NCBI GenBank assembly: GCA_964362125.1
Contig: CAYICS010000004.1
Coordinates: 1-62,611 of the forward strand
Length of the DNA stretch: 62,611 bases
Direction of reading: 5' to 3'
From: an uncultured Candidatus Saccharibacteria bacterium
Lineage (GTDB): Bacteria; Patescibacteriota; Minisyncoccia; UBA6257; UBA11618
Shown here: one piece after another, positions 1 through 11,228 of the stretch
How positions within the stretch are numbered: the first letter of the stretch is position 1
Layout: each line of letters starts with the position of its first letter
Notes under the pieces: model-generated
Told to the model about the DNA's origin: nothing
The model's input: only the letters and a program-made list of their open reading frames with translations
Databases searched by the model: none
Translations under genes and position numbers: made by a program

Positions 1-35
1 CTCTGCCCTCGCCTGAATGTTACTACGGCGACAAG

Positions 36-2492
36 ATGTTTTTGGTAAAAGAACCGAGAAGGGCCATTTGTCAGGCCCCGACAGTTGTTTGTCCCGGTGA
101 TCCGGATTACGACAAGAAGCGGGGCGGCCAGAAAATCTGCCCGGCCATGCCCACGGTTACCGACTGCCCGGCCGGAGAATTTAAAGAATGCACCTTAATT
201 GATGGTTGCGGGGATTACTGTAGCTGCAGTAAACAGCTTATTTGTCCGACGGTGATGCCTCGTTATTGCGAGATAGATCCCTTGACCGGAAAGAAAGAAA
301 TACCGATTCCCGGCCGCTGTGGGCCATTTTGTATTGAAATAACCGAACCAGTTATCAAAGTGGAATTCCCCTATACCTTCAGCGGTCCCGGCCATCTGAC
401 TAAAAATAGCCGCACTGTCCGCACCATCAGCGAAGCCAAAAAGTTCTGCGATACTTATGGTAGTGGCTACGGCTTATCTGCCGAGTGCGCCAAAGTTATG
501 GCCTCGGCCGAATTGCCGCCAGACCTGCCTAAAAATCCGGTCGAGTGCGTCTTTTATAAAACTGGAAAAAAACAACCTTACACTATTGAGACTAAAGAAA
601 AGATCAGTTTTGTCTATGATTCTGTCAACGATGCTCTTTCTGCCTGCGGAACCTATGCCAACTCCTTAAACACCGCTTCCCAAGCGCTCTGCGGAGCTAT
701 GGGCGCCTGTACTTCCCCTCCCAATCCTATTCCTAAACCAATCGATGAAGTCGAAGTGATGCTGAAGCTGACAGACTGTATGGTAAGAAACGGTTCGCCT
801 CTGCCGGTTTTCTTTAGCGGCAAGAACTACAGCACCATTTTGGAGCTGGAAGAATTGGCCGGAATCCTGCCGGCCGGTGATCCCCTGCGGCCGGTTATTT
901 ACTCCTGTCTCAGTGTCGCCCATGGCGGCAAGCCAACGCCCATCCCTCCTCCCGTGCCCATACCAGTCCCGCCCGCCGGTCAGAAGTATAAATGTTTCAA
1001 TGCTCTGGGCCTCTGCTCTAATATCCTTGATACCAAAGACCCTGATTATTTAGCCATGATTCAGGAGGCGGAAACTGAATGCGTTAATGTGCCTCCTTCG
1101 GCGCCGGGCATCTGGCGTCAGGGAGCGGGTGATCCTAGGAATACCAAGGCCTTTGGTTTGCCGGATACTGCCCAATGCAAACGTTACCGCTCTCAGGGTC
1201 AGGTGCCGCCCGGTGGAGACAAAGAGGCGGCGGCTCGGGCTTATCGCGGCGGTCTCTATTATATGAATAGTTTTGAAAGCTGTATGAATGCTAAAGGCAG
1301 CGGCGCCGCTGTCACTAAAATCCGATTCTGGCTGGAGCAGGGGCAGATTCCGCCGCCTTGGCAGCAGTTAGTTGGTAAAGAAGCTGATGATACTGCCAGA
1401 TGTGAATCATCGGGCGGCGGCACTACAACGCCGGGCGCCAACTGTCCTTCTGATAAACCCTATCCTTGGAAAGATCTTTACGGATCTTGTATGTCATCTA
1501 GTGAATGTGCCGCAGTTCCCGGCTATATCAGCGGCGGGCTTTGTCTGCCATCAAGTGGTTCTAGCGGCGGCTACACTGCTATTTGCAGTGACCCAGCCAT
1601 TAAAAGTCTTTTCACCAGTGACGCTGCCGGCGCGCATCAAATGTCTGATACCCGTTATTGCTTTAATGGAGTTATGAGTGAGGCGGTGGAGGTTGCTAAT
1701 AAAACTTTGATTAAATGTACTAGTCAGGATGTTCCGGCGCCGGGTTGTTCTTCGAGCGGCACTTATAGCGGAGGCGGCGGCACCGGATCTACTGGTTGCG
1801 GTCAGTATGATAGTAACGAATCGCAATGTAGGGCTGCCGCTGGTTGCGAATGGCGCTGGTTCTCTGAAGCTGGACGAAACTACTGTATGCCTATTGGTTC
1901 TCCATCTGGCGGAGGCGGCACCGGCACCGGCACTGGCACCGGCACCGGCGGCTCCACTACTGCCTGCAATAACAACAATGTCTGTGAAAGTGGTGAAAGC
2001 ACCGGCAGTTGTCCTTCGGATTGCGGCAGTTATACTGGCGGCGGAGGTTCTGGCGGCCCTTGCAGTGCCGGCACCACTGAAGCGCTCTGTACCAGTTACT
2101 CGGCCTCTGGTTGTTATTGGAATGCGGCTGCTAATACTTGTATGAGCAGTGGTACTTATACCGGTACCGGCGGAGGCGGTTATGCTCCGGGTTGCGGCGG
2201 CTTGAGCCAAACTACTTGTGGTCAAACAGACGGTTGCTCCTGGTCTAATAATTACTGCACGCCGACAGGCGGCGGAGGCTATTCAGGATATTCCACTGAC
2301 CCGGCTACTGGTTGCGTTCAAGCCGGCGGTACCTGGACCAATAATTATTGTCAGATGCCCACTTGTCCTTCTGGTCAGTGGTGGGATTCAGGCACTAAGG
2401 CCTGCCGTTCTTCGACAACGACAACCGGACTTTATCGGCCTAATCTTCTCGGCCAAATTATCCACATCTTGCGTAACCTGTTTTTGAGGTAG
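36..2492 (+). CDS. Large Cys/Gly/Thr-rich surface protein, 5'-partial (frame is open to the window edge)
   Basis: 818+ aa ORF; many short Cys modules (e.g. CNNNNVCESGESTGSCPSDC), Gly/Thr linkers, Pro-rich hinge, amphipathic C-terminus NLLGQIIHILRNLFLR. Confidence 0.8.
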   Translation: MFLVKEPRRAICQAPTVVCPGDPDYDKKRGGQKICPAMPTVTDCPAGEFKECTLIDGCGDYCSCSKQLICPTVMPRYCEIDPLTGKKEIPIPGRCGPFCIEITEPVIKVEFPYTFSGPGHLTKNSRTVRTISEAKKFCDTYGSGYGLSAECAKVMASAELPPDLPKNPVECVFYKTGKKQPYTIETKEKISFVYDSVNDALSACGTYANSLNTASQALCGAMGACTSPPNPIPKPIDEVEVMLKLTDCMVRNGSPLPVFFSGKNYSTILELEELAGILPAGDPLRPVIYSCLSVAHGGKPTPIPPPVPIPVPPAGQKYKCFNALGLCSNILDTKDPDYLAMIQEAETECVNVPPSAPGIWRQGAGDPRNTKAFGLPDTAQCKRYRSQGQVPPGGDKEAAARAYRGGLYYMNSFESCMNAKGSGAAVTKIRFWLEQGQIPPPWQQLVGKEADDTARCESSGGGTTTPGANCPSDKPYPWKDLYGSCMSSSECAAVPGYISGGLCLPSSGSSGGYTAICSDPAIKSLFTSDAAGAHQMSDTRYCFNGVMSEAVEVANKTLIKCTSQDVPAPGCSSSGTYSGGGGTGSTGCGQYDSNESQCRAAAGCEWRWFSEAGRNYCMPIGSPSGGGGTGTGTGTGTGGSTTACNNNNVCESGESTGSCPSDCGSYTGGGGSGGPCSAGTTEALCTSYSASGCYWNAAANTCMSSGTYTGTGGGGYAPGCGGLSQTTCGQTDGCSWSNNYCTPTGGGGYSGYSTDPATGCVQAGGTWTNNYCQMPTCPSGQWWDSGTKACRSSTTTTGLYRPNLLGQIIHILRNLFLR

Positions 2493-2501
2493 AATTAGAA
2501 T

Positions 2502-2729
2502 ATGAATAAAAAAACCTGGATCATAGTCATTGTCATAGTCATAGTCATTGTCGCCGGCCTCTGGTGGTATTCCCAGCAAGCTGGCGGACCAGCCGCCCTT
2601 GCGCCTGTCGCCGCCCCAAGCGGCGCCCCAACTCCGACTGCTCCCAGCATCGTTCCCATAGTCGAAAATCCTTTTGAAGATGTAAAAACTAACCCCTATG
2701 AAGGCGTCAAGCTTAATCCTTTTGAGTAG
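2502..2729 (+). CDS. Small membrane-anchored protein with NPF repeats
   Basis: N-terminal TM (WIIVIVIVIVIVAGLWWY), Pro/Ala linker, C-terminal NPFE..NPYE..NPFE. Confidence 0.7.
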   Translation: MNKKTWIIVIVIVIVIVAGLWWYSQQAGGPAALAPVAAPSGAPTPTAPSIVPIVENPFEDVKTNPYEGVKLNPFE

Positions 2730-4125
2730 TACACGAAAAGCCTGGGCAGAGCCCTATGCGAAAAGGCACACACGAAAATTTTTGTATCATTCGCGTGTAT
2801 TCGTGTGCGCATTAGTGTCGCTATTTATTATTTTATCCGGCGTGGCTTTTGCTGAATTTGACGACAGCCACATTATCTATCCGCTGGCCGAGCTGGGCAA
2901 CTGTAAAGACAAGGCCGTCTGCTTTGCTTATTGCGATAATCCTGATCATATAGTTGAGTGCGTGGCTTTTGCTGAAAGAGAGGGCTTGATGTCTAAAAAA
3001 GAAGCTAATTTAGCCCGGGCTATGGGCACTGGCAGCGGACCCTTGGGTTGCCGCGGTAAGGAATGTGAAATTGTTTGTAGTGATCCCAAAAACATGGTGG
3101 CTTGTATGAATTTTGCTTTGGAGAATCCGGAGATTCTCTCGGCCATTGCCGCCGAAGAGGGCGTTGCTCCTGAACAAATGCGGCAAGAGATGACCATGGT
3201 TCAGCAGGCCTTAGCTAAAGGAGCTAAACTGCCGGGTGGCTGTGAGGGTCGGGAGTGTAAAGATTTGTGTATGGCGCCGCCCAGCGAAGCGGTGGCTCGC
3301 GATTGTTTTGCTTTTGCTAAAGCCGCCGGATTTATGGAGGACGTACCGGAGGGAATGTCTGAAGATGTGATGGTTAAAATAATGATGGGCGGGATGAAAG
3401 ATGAAGATGGCAATATTATTTGTCGGGGAGAGGATTGTGAAGAGGTTTGCTCTGAAGACCCGGAGGTTTGTATGGAGGCTATGGGGCGATTAGGAATTGA
3501 TATGACGCAAATGATTCCTGCCGGAGACAGAGAACAAATAACTCAAGGTATGAAAATGATGGAGCAGGCCTTGGCTCAAGCTCCGCCGCCGGTTTTGGAG
3601 TGTATTGATAAAGAATTATCTTCGCAGGGAACATCTCTGGCGGCGCTTCGCGGCGGCGATATAAAAGTAATGATGAAAATCGGACCGGAAATGCAGGATA
3701 TTATGGAAGGGTGTTTTTCAGAAGGTATGGGTGAGATGATGGGCGGCGGTTTTGGTCCGCCGGGAGGAATGATGGATGGGGGATTTGGTCCGCCGGACGG
3801 TTTTGGCCCGCCCGGAGCTGGAGATGATTTTGATGAAATGGGCTTGCCTCCCGGTATGTCTCAAGAGGAGATGATGGAGAAGATGAAACAGGCCGGTCAA
3901 CTACCTGAAGGACAAGAATATCAGCGGCAAACCGGAGACATAATAGCTCGATGTCAGGAGGAGATCACTTCAATAATGATGGCTGGTAGCGACCCATCGC
4001 AAGCATCTCCAGAATGTCTTGAAGGAATGAAGATGATGATGGGCGGTCCGGTGTCCTATCAGCCCTACGGCAATAATCTGACTGCTAAAATTTTGGACAC
4101 CATCGCCGACTTATTGGGTTTCTAA
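2698..4125 (+). CDS. Secreted Cys- and Met/Gly/Pro-rich protein (true start uncertain, possibly TTG near 2782)
   Basis: Signal-like segment ending AFA-EF, repeated C-x3-C-x8-C modules, GFGPP repeats, C-terminus NLTAKILDTIADLLGF. Confidence 0.75.
   Translation: MKASSLILLSSTRKAWAEPYAKRHTRKFLYHSRVFVCALVSLFIILSGVAFAEFDDSHIIYPLAELGNCKDKAVCFAYCDNPDHIVECVAFAEREGLMSKKEANLARAMGTGSGPLGCRGKECEIVCSDPKNMVACMNFALENPEILSAIAAEEGVAPEQMRQEMTMVQQALAKGAKLPGGCEGRECKDLCMAPPSEAVARDCFAFAKAAGFMEDVPEGMSEDVMVKIMMGGMKDEDGNIICRGEDCEEVCSEDPEVCMEAMGRLGIDMTQMIPAGDREQITQGMKMMEQALAQAPPPVLECIDKELSSQGTSLAALRGGDIKVMMKIGPEMQDIMEGCFSEGMGEMMGGGFGPPGGMMDGGFGPPDGFGPPGAGDDFDEMGLPPGMSQEEMMEKMKQAGQLPEGQEYQRQTGDIIARCQEEITSIMMAGSDPSQASPECLEGMKMMMGGPVSYQPYGNNLTAKILDTIADLLGF
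2730..2820. repeat. CACACGAA/TTCGTGTG-type palindromic repeat, copy 1
   Basis: 2756-2776 is identical to 20878-20898 (21 bp); 2803-2820 is the exact reverse complement of 48868-48885 (18 bp). Confidence 0.8.
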
Positions 4126-4161
4126 GGTTATCCACACCCTATAGCTGGCTCTCTTTGCTTA

Positions 4162-4170
4162 TGTTATAAT
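4162..4170 (+). promoter_or_regulatory. Extended -10 promoter with an upstream DnaA-box-like TTATCCACA (4128-4136)
   Basis: TGtTATAAT about 45 nt upstream of the 4216 ATG. Confidence 0.55.
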
Positions 4171-4215
4171 TAAATAAAGGTCGAATAAATTCCGTACCTT
4201 TATTAAAAAAATATT

Positions 4216-4557
4216 ATGGTTAAAACCTATTTGACTTGGGTTGGTTGGATTCTAGTCGTTTTGGGACTTTTGGGCTTTGTTTGGCAAGGCATCGAAGGAA
4301 CTTTCGTTCTCAGTGACGGTGAAAACTGGGGCCACTTGGTTCTCGGTATCATCGCTCTCATCGCCGCTTATTGGCTTGATGGTCAGACCCAAAAATGGCT
4401 AACCGTAATTTACGGTCTTGTCGCCCTTTATGCTGGCATTTGGGGCTTCAAAGATCCGACTTTCTACGGCAGCGCCAGCTTAGAAACAATTGATCACGTC
4501 GTCCACCTAGTTCTCGGTATTTGGGGTTTGTGGGTGGCATGGGGTAAGAAAATTTAA
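4216..4557 (+). CDS. Small integral membrane protein (DUF4383-like)
   Basis: 113 aa, about 4 TM helices, two H-L-V-L-G motifs. Confidence 0.65.
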   Translation: MVKTYLTWVGWILVVLGLLGFVWQGIEGTFVLSDGENWGHLVLGIIALIAAYWLDGQTQKWLTVIYGLVALYAGIWGFKDPTFYGSASLETIDHVVHLVLGIWGLWVAWGKKI

Positions 4558-4581
4558 TAATTCTTCCAACGAAAATAAAAA

Positions 4582-4614
4582 GCATCCTGCGGTGAGGTCG
4601 CGGGGTGTTTTTTT
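4582..4614 (+). terminator. Intrinsic terminator
   Basis: GCATCCTGCG/CGCGGGGTGT stem followed by T7, 25 nt after the stop. Confidence 0.75.
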
Positions 4615-4629
4615 ATAAGGAACCGCTTT

Positions 4630-4897
4630 TGGTTCCCTCAGGCATAAAGGACAGCCAACTGCCTCCTCTCGCAACTATTCCGTTACAGATAAATTCAATC
4701 TTCGCTTCTCCTCCAAAATAAACCCAAAAATCAGAACTCGCCCTCTCCCTCGACCCGGCTCGGGATTCAGAGCTCAAACAGCTGATTTGTTGGGTATTTT
4801 GTTCGGAGAAGCTCAGGAATTTATCCCTTCCACTACACAGGTTGCTGCGAAGAGGCAGTTGGCTGTTATCCCTCTTATAAGGGAATGCCTGAGACCA
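4630..4897. repeat. ~220-270-bp palindromic element, copy A
   Basis: Terminal IR ACAGCCAACTGCCTC/GAGGCAGTTGGCTGT; 49-bp core 4732-4780 identical to 22886-22934. Confidence 0.85.
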
Positions 4898-4910
4898 ATA
4901 AAAAATCCGA

Positions 4911-5149
4911 CCCCGCCTCCTTTCAGCAATATTTAGCGTAGTGGAGCTCTAAATTCCCGAGCCCTTCAGAAAAAAATCTAAGAAAAACAGTTGTTTGAGC
5001 CCCAGCTCAGCTGGGAAATCCTAGTATTCCTTGATGTTAACGGCGAGTTCTGTTTTTCTGATAATTTTTGATGAAGGGCGAGGTGCCTGCCTGCCGGCAG
5101 GCAGGGAATTTAGGCGCAACAGAGCGTATTGCTGAAAGGAGCGCGGGGG
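4911..5149. repeat. ~220-240-bp palindromic element, copy B (inverted relative to A and C)
   Basis: Arms match the reverse complement of 22804-23022; different central loop; nested CCTGCCTGCCGGCAGGCAGG palindrome near 5086-5105. Confidence 0.8.
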
Positions 5150-5201
5150 AGGTTTTTTTATCCACAGCCATCGTGGCCACCATCTGTTATAATTAAAACA
5201 A

Positions 5202-5675
5202 ATGCGTCATGAGTTTTTTTCTATCTTAATTGCTGTCGTTCTGACTTTGCTGACGGTCAATTATATTGTTTTGGCTTTTAGCGAGCCGGCTGCGCCGCCG
5301 CCCAACGAGAATGCGCCGGCGCCGATCAATGTCGGTCCGGATGCTCAAAGCAAGACCGGTAATCTTCAAGTTAATGAGCTAAGCGCCGCCGCTATTAGTT
5401 TGGGCGGCGACCGCCGCACTGTCTGGCCCGGCGGCGCTGGAGGCGGTGGCGGCGGTGATGCCTGTACTTGGCAGGGAGTCAGATGCGAATGTTTTGAAGA
5501 TAACGGCGGCGCGGTGGAGGGCAAAATCATTCTTGCCTTAGCCTGCCTGGAAAATCCCAACACTCATTTCCGCCAGATTGCCGGTTTTGACATCATTGAT
5601 TTCCACGTCACCGCCGGCAACGACTCCTGCCCCAACACCCCTCCGCCCGGCTGTGACTTTTATGTCCATAATTGA
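5202..5675 (+). CDS. Secreted/membrane-anchored protein with a CPR-type EPxxPPPxxNxPAPINVG..Q.K.GNL motif
   Basis: N-terminal hydrophobic segment, Cys-containing C-terminal domain, extended -10 at 5185-5193. Confidence 0.7.
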   Translation: MRHEFFSILIAVVLTLLTVNYIVLAFSEPAAPPPNENAPAPINVGPDAQSKTGNLQVNELSAAAISLGGDRRTVWPGGAGGGGGGDACTWQGVRCECFEDNGGAVEGKIILALACLENPNTHFRQIAGFDIIDFHVTAGNDSCPNTPPPGCDFYVHN

Positions 5676-6543
5676 AAAATCCCAGTTTTTTCGTCTATTT
5701 TTTTGGATTTTATTATTTGTGATTTTGAATTTGTTTAGAGTTTCGGATTTAGAGTTTAGAGTTTTATCGGCTGAGGCCGCCGGCTTGAGCGGTTATGCTT
5801 GGTCAGAAAATATCGGCTGGGTTAAGTTTAATGGCGCCAACTACGGCGTCATGGCTGATACTGCCACCGGTGAATTGTCCGGTTTTGCTTGGTCAGAAAA
5901 TATCGGCTGGGTCAGGTTCGACCCGCCCGGCCCTTACCCATACAACCCTGCTTACTCCGGCCGCTATGATGTCAGTGACAACAAGTTCAAGGGTTGGGCC
6001 CGGTCTTGTGCCGCCACGGCCGATCCCCGCCACTGCGGTACCGGCAATAATCCCGATGCCGGCGGCTGGGAGGGTTGGCTGAAGCTTTCCGGCAATGGCT
6101 ATAGCGTGGAGCAGGTGGGCAATGCCACTGCCGGCTGTTTTCTTAATGGCTATGCTTGGGGCGGGATGGTGATTGGTTGGCTGAAATTCAGCGGCCAGAA
6201 CTATCAGGTGACAATTAGTGATTGTTTAACCGGCGGCTCAGGGCCGCCGCCGCCGCCCGGCTTGCTTAGTTGCGCTTTCACCGCCTCACCGACAAGAATT
6301 TTATCCGGCAATAGTTCCATTCTTGACTGGAGATGCCAGAACGCCGCCAACTGCTCCATTGCTCCGGGCATTGGTTCTGTCAATAGAGCGGGCGGTTCCC
6401 GTTCGGTCCGGCCTTCGCAAACCACCACCTATACTTTGACTTGCGACGATGGCGACACTCAGACAACAGAGCTTTCTCAAACTATTGCTGTTATCCGCTC
6501 GACCATCTGCGAAGTCATCCCTTGGTTTCCCGGATGCCCTTAG
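5662..6543 (+). CDS. Secreted protein with G(Y/F)AWSENIGW repeats and a C-terminal Ig/PKD-like domain
   Basis: Two SG(Y/F)AWSENIGWV repeats plus GYAWGG and GWEGWLK variants; ATG at 5662 overlaps the upstream stop. Confidence 0.75.
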   Translation: MSIIEKSQFFRLFFWILLFVILNLFRVSDLEFRVLSAEAAGLSGYAWSENIGWVKFNGANYGVMADTATGELSGFAWSENIGWVRFDPPGPYPYNPAYSGRYDVSDNKFKGWARSCAATADPRHCGTGNNPDAGGWEGWLKLSGNGYSVEQVGNATAGCFLNGYAWGGMVIGWLKFSGQNYQVTISDCLTGGSGPPPPPGLLSCAFTASPTRILSGNSSILDWRCQNAANCSIAPGIGSVNRAGGSRSVRPSQTTTYTLTCDDGDTQTTELSQTIAVIRSTICEVIPWFPGCP

Positions 6544-6546
6544 CGA

Positions 6547-6620
6547 AATTTTCAATGTTCAATGATCAATGATCAATTTTCAATTAAGGTACATTAAATG
6601 AAAATTGTAAATTGAAAATT
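6547..6620. repeat. Heptamer-array hairpin (TTTTCAA/TTGAAAA type)
   Basis: AATTTTCAAT...ATTGAAAATT terminal IR; same start as 47749-47872. Confidence 0.85.
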
Positions 6621-6640
6621 ATTCTGCTACCATAGGAGCC

Positions 6641-7558
6641 ATGGAGCAGCTGCTTTTAGTTTTGATAGTTATTCTTTTAGCCGCCTTAATTTTTCTAACT
6701 TTGCGCCGGAAGCCAGGAGAAACAAAGCCAGACTCATTGCTTTTACTGCAAAACCAGCTCAATGATATTCGCGGCTCGATGCATCAGGTTTTCAAAGAGG
6801 TGGCGGCCGAGCTGGTGAAGTTGGGTGAGGGCCACAAGCAGGTGGTGGGCTTTGCCGACCAACTGAAAAACCTTCAGGATATTTTAAAAAATCCCAAACA
6901 GCGGGGGATTCTGGGGGAGTATTATTTGGAGACAATGCTTAAAAATGTTCTGCCGCCCGGCCAGTATCAGCTCCAGTACGGCTTCAAAGATGGCGCCAAA
7001 GTGGATGCCGTCATTTTTGTCAAAGACAAAGTTATTCCCATTGACTCCAAATTTAGTCTGGAGAATTACCAGCGCGACGACAAAATTTTCTTTCAGGATT
7101 TAAAAATAAGAATTGATGAAACTGCCAAATATGTCCGGCCCGAAGAAAAGACTTTTGATTTTGCTTTTATGTTTATTCCAGCCGAAGCCATTTATTACGA
7201 TTTACTGGTGAACAAGGACTGGCTCAGTTACGCTTGGAACAAAAAGGTGATTGTGGTTTCGCCCAACACTTTTTATCACTCACTGCAGATTATTATGCAA
7301 GGATTGAAGGCCTTGCAGATTGAGGAGTCGGCCAAGGAAATTATTAAGCGAGTGGGAGATTTGGGTCGGCATATCGGCACTTACGAAGAATATATGAAGA
7401 AGCTGGGCAATCATCTCGGCACCAGCATCAACACTTACAACGCCGCCTATAAAGAGTTGGGGAAGATTGATAAGGATGTCTTACGGATCACCGGCCAAGC
7501 CGCCGGCATCGAGCCAGAGGCCTTGGACAAACCGCGGGAAGATGAGGAAGGGCTGTAA
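6641..7558 (+). CDS. rmuC: DNA recombination protein RmuC
   Basis: N-terminal TM, coiled coil, RGILGE..LE, VIPIDSKF, FAFMFIPAEAIY motifs. Confidence 0.92.
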   Translation: MEQLLLVLIVILLAALIFLTLRRKPGETKPDSLLLLQNQLNDIRGSMHQVFKEVAAELVKLGEGHKQVVGFADQLKNLQDILKNPKQRGILGEYYLETMLKNVLPPGQYQLQYGFKDGAKVDAVIFVKDKVIPIDSKFSLENYQRDDKIFFQDLKIRIDETAKYVRPEEKTFDFAFMFIPAEAIYYDLLVNKDWLSYAWNKKVIVVSPNTFYHSLQIIMQGLKALQIEESAKEIIKRVGDLGRHIGTYEEYMKKLGNHLGTSINTYNAAYKELGKIDKDVLRITGQAAGIEPEALDKPREDEEGL

Positions 7559-7560
7559 TG

Positions 7561-7653
7561 AAACTCAAAAGTCAAAAGTCAGAAGTCAAAACTATAAATC
7601 AAAAGTCAAAACTAACGAAAGTTTTAAGTTTTGAGTTTATGATTTAGAGCTTT
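7561..7653. repeat. Heptamer-array hairpin (AAAGTCA/TTTTGAG type)
   Basis: Tandem AAAAGTC units and an inverted arm TTTTGAGTTT, between convergent rmuC and groL. Confidence 0.75.
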
Positions 7654-7659
7654 ATAAGT

Positions 7660-7737
7660 ACCCTAAACCCCCCGCCTGCAGACGCCTGGAGCGTCAGCGA
7701 CTGGCGGGCAGGTAAACCCTATACCCTATACCCTAAA
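7660..7737. repeat. (CCCTAAA/CCCTATA)n array interrupted by the 42-bp GC element (7671-7712)
   Basis: ACCCTAAACCC[42 bp]TAAACCCTATACCCTATACCCTAAA; the 42-mer recurs at 35359, 54149 and 55735. Confidence 0.85.
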
Positions 7738-7753
7738 TTTTTTGTTTAGAGCT

Positions 7754-9397
<1,644 letters not shown>

Positions 9398-9404
9398 TTA
9401 AGAT

Positions 9405-9698
9405 TTATGATTCAAGAATGGCGAGAATATCGTCTTCGTCGGCGACCAGATATTTTTTGCCGTCAATTTCAATCTCATCCGGTCCGTATTTTTTAAATAG
9501 AACAAGATCTCCGACCTTGACTGCCAGCGGCAGTAAGTTGCCTTGGTCATTGCGCTTGCCCGGGCCCACAGCCACTACCCGGCCCTGAATTGGTTTCTCT
9601 TTTTCCGCTGTATCCGGCAAGACAATCCCGGACTTAGTTATTTTGTCTTCGGCAATCGGTTCCAGAAAGACCCGATTGGCCAATGGCTTCAAATTCAT
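9405..9698 (-). CDS. groS: Co-chaperonin GroES
   Basis: LKPLANRV, SGIVLPDTAEKEKP motifs; 97 aa, upstream of groL. Confidence 0.99.
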   Translation of the reverse strand: MNLKPLANRVFLEPIAEDKITKSGIVLPDTAEKEKPIQGRVVAVGPGKRNDQGNLLPLAVKVGDLVLFKKYGPDEIEIDGKKYLVADEDDILAILES

Positions 9699-9708
9699 TG
9701 TGGAGAGT

Positions 9709-9738
9709 ATTATAACCCCCGCCCCCCGCCATTGTCAA
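9709..9738 (-). promoter_or_regulatory. sigma70-type promoter of groESL
   Basis: TTGACA-N18-TATAAT on the minus strand, ending 11 nt before the groS ATG; no CIRCE seen. Confidence 0.75.
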
Positions 9739-9766
9739 ATGTTTGGGGGTGAGACCCCCAAACATT
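9738..9766. repeat. 29-bp hairpin AATGTTTGGGGGT-GAG-ACCCCCAAACATT
   Basis: Perfect 13-bp stem; second, inverted copy at 30872-30898. Confidence 0.8.
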
Positions 9767-9788
9767 ACCTCTTTAGCATAGTCAACTG

Positions 9789-10322
9789 TCAGAGGTTAAT
9801 TGTTTTTAATTTAAAGCAGAGATGGACCTCTTGGTGGTTGACGATAATCCGTTCCGGCCCGCCGTTGCGGAACCGGGCAATCTGTTTATCAATTCGTCTC
9901 ATCTGCCACCAGCATAAAATTTTTTCAATTATGCGTCCAACTTCACGATCGTGAAGTTGGACGTCTTTTCTATAGATTAATCTGATATTATCCCAGAGTT
10001 TTTTGGAATACTGGTCGTCGCCAAAAGGCCGCAGTTGACCGGCAATAAAATGATTGAAGCAGAAGCCGTCGCGCGTCCGTCGGCCGGCAATATTAGTCCG
10101 CCAGCCGAGGAAGGTAAAGATCAGCAGCGTAAAAAAGCGGCAGGTCCAGAGCCGGCCCGGTTCGGTAACGACAATCACATCAAAATCCGAATGCTCGCCG
10201 GCATTGCCCAAGGCCATCGAGCCGGCAATATAAACCTCGTTTAATCCCGGAGTAAAGCGAAAAGGCCATTTGCGCTGTAAAAGACGGCGCATTTTGTGAT
10301 CATAAATGATTGTAGAATCCAT
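9789..10322 (-). CDS. Pol-beta-superfamily nucleotidyltransferase-domain protein
   Basis: GSMALG...SDFDV motif (GS-x-DxD); start taken at the internal ATG to avoid overlap with htpX. Confidence 0.75.
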   Translation of the reverse strand: MDSTIIYDHKMRRLLQRKWPFRFTPGLNEVYIAGSMALGNAGEHSDFDVIVVTEPGRLWTCRFFTLLIFTFLGWRTNIAGRRTRDGFCFNHFIAGQLRPFGDDQYSKKLWDNIRLIYRKDVQLHDREVGRIIEKILCWWQMRRIDKQIARFRNGGPERIIVNHQEVHLCFKLKTINL

Positions 10323-10344
10323 AAATTTAGTGTATAATAGAGCC

Positions 10345-11214
10345 GTGCCTAAAACCATTATTTTATTCACAGTCTTCCTGATTATCGTTATCGGCTTTGG
10401 CTATCTGCTTAATCTTTATTTTAATAATCCGGTCATTCTCTACTGGGCAGTAGGTATTAGTGTTGGCATGGCGCTGATTAGTTATTGGTTTTCCGATAAA
10501 TTGGTTTTAACCATGACCCGGGCTCAACCAGCCAGCCGCGCCGACTATCCGGAATTTTATGAAATTATTGAGGAATTGACAGGCAAAGCCAAATTGCCTC
10601 TGCCTAAACTTTATATTGTCAATGACCCGGCGCCCAATGCCTTTGCCACTGGCCGCAATCCGCGCAAGGCCGTTGTGGCCGTCACCAGCGGTCTGCTGAG
10701 CCGGCTCAATTATCAGGAACTGGAAGGAGTTTTATCCCACGAATTATCTCATATTAAAAATTACGATATGCTGGTTTCTACGGTGGCGGTGATTTTGGTA
10801 GGTTTTATTTCCATTGCCTCGGATATTTTAATGCGCTCGGCAATGCTTGCCCCGCGAAGCTCCAACAATAGAAGGAGCGAAGTGGGGTTCGTGACTCTTT
10901 TAATCATTGTCGGCGCTATCTTGGCGCCTCTAGCCGCCACTTTAATGCGTTTGGCCATTTCCCGACAGCGGGAGTTTGGCGCCGATGCTTCGGGAGCGCG
11001 GCTTACCGGTCATCCGGAAAACTTAGCTAATGCTTTGGTTAAAATTTCTCAATTCCCTCAGGCTTTGCGTTCGGCTAATAACACCACTGCCCATCTCTGG
11101 TTTGAAAATCCCTTCGGCGCCGATTCTAAAAAAACTCCGTGGATTGTTAGAATTTTTATGACTCACCCCCCGGTGGAAAAAAGGATTGCGGCGCTCCATA
11201 GTCTTGATTTATAA
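10345..11214 (+). CDS. htpX: Zinc metalloprotease HtpX (M48)
   Basis: PNAFATG, HELSHIKN (HExxH), SRQREFGADA, THPPVEKRI; GTG start after TGTATAAT. Confidence 0.93.
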   Translation: MPKTIILFTVFLIIVIGFGYLLNLYFNNPVILYWAVGISVGMALISYWFSDKLVLTMTRAQPASRADYPEFYEIIEELTGKAKLPLPKLYIVNDPAPNAFATGRNPRKAVVAVTSGLLSRLNYQELEGVLSHELSHIKNYDMLVSTVAVILVGFISIASDILMRSAMLAPRSSNNRRSEVGFVTLLIIVGAILAPLAATLMRLAISRQREFGADASGARLTGHPENLANALVKISQFPQALRSANNTTAHLWFENPFGADSKKTPWIVRIFMTHPPVEKRIAALHSLDL

Positions 11215-11228
11215 TTTATATATAGGCG

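Noticed and set aside
1915-1950. (GGCACC)n and other hexamer runs (2521-2552, 23833-23858, 48079-48100)
   Set aside because: Codon-phase repeats encoding GT, IV, CE or MT dipeptides; explained by slippage in low-complexity coding regions, with no inverted partner nearby.
9789-10322. Nucleotidyltransferase as a CBASS or MNT-HEPN defence component
   Set aside because: No effector or HEPN partner is adjacent; it appears to be a stand-alone NTase between groS and htpX.
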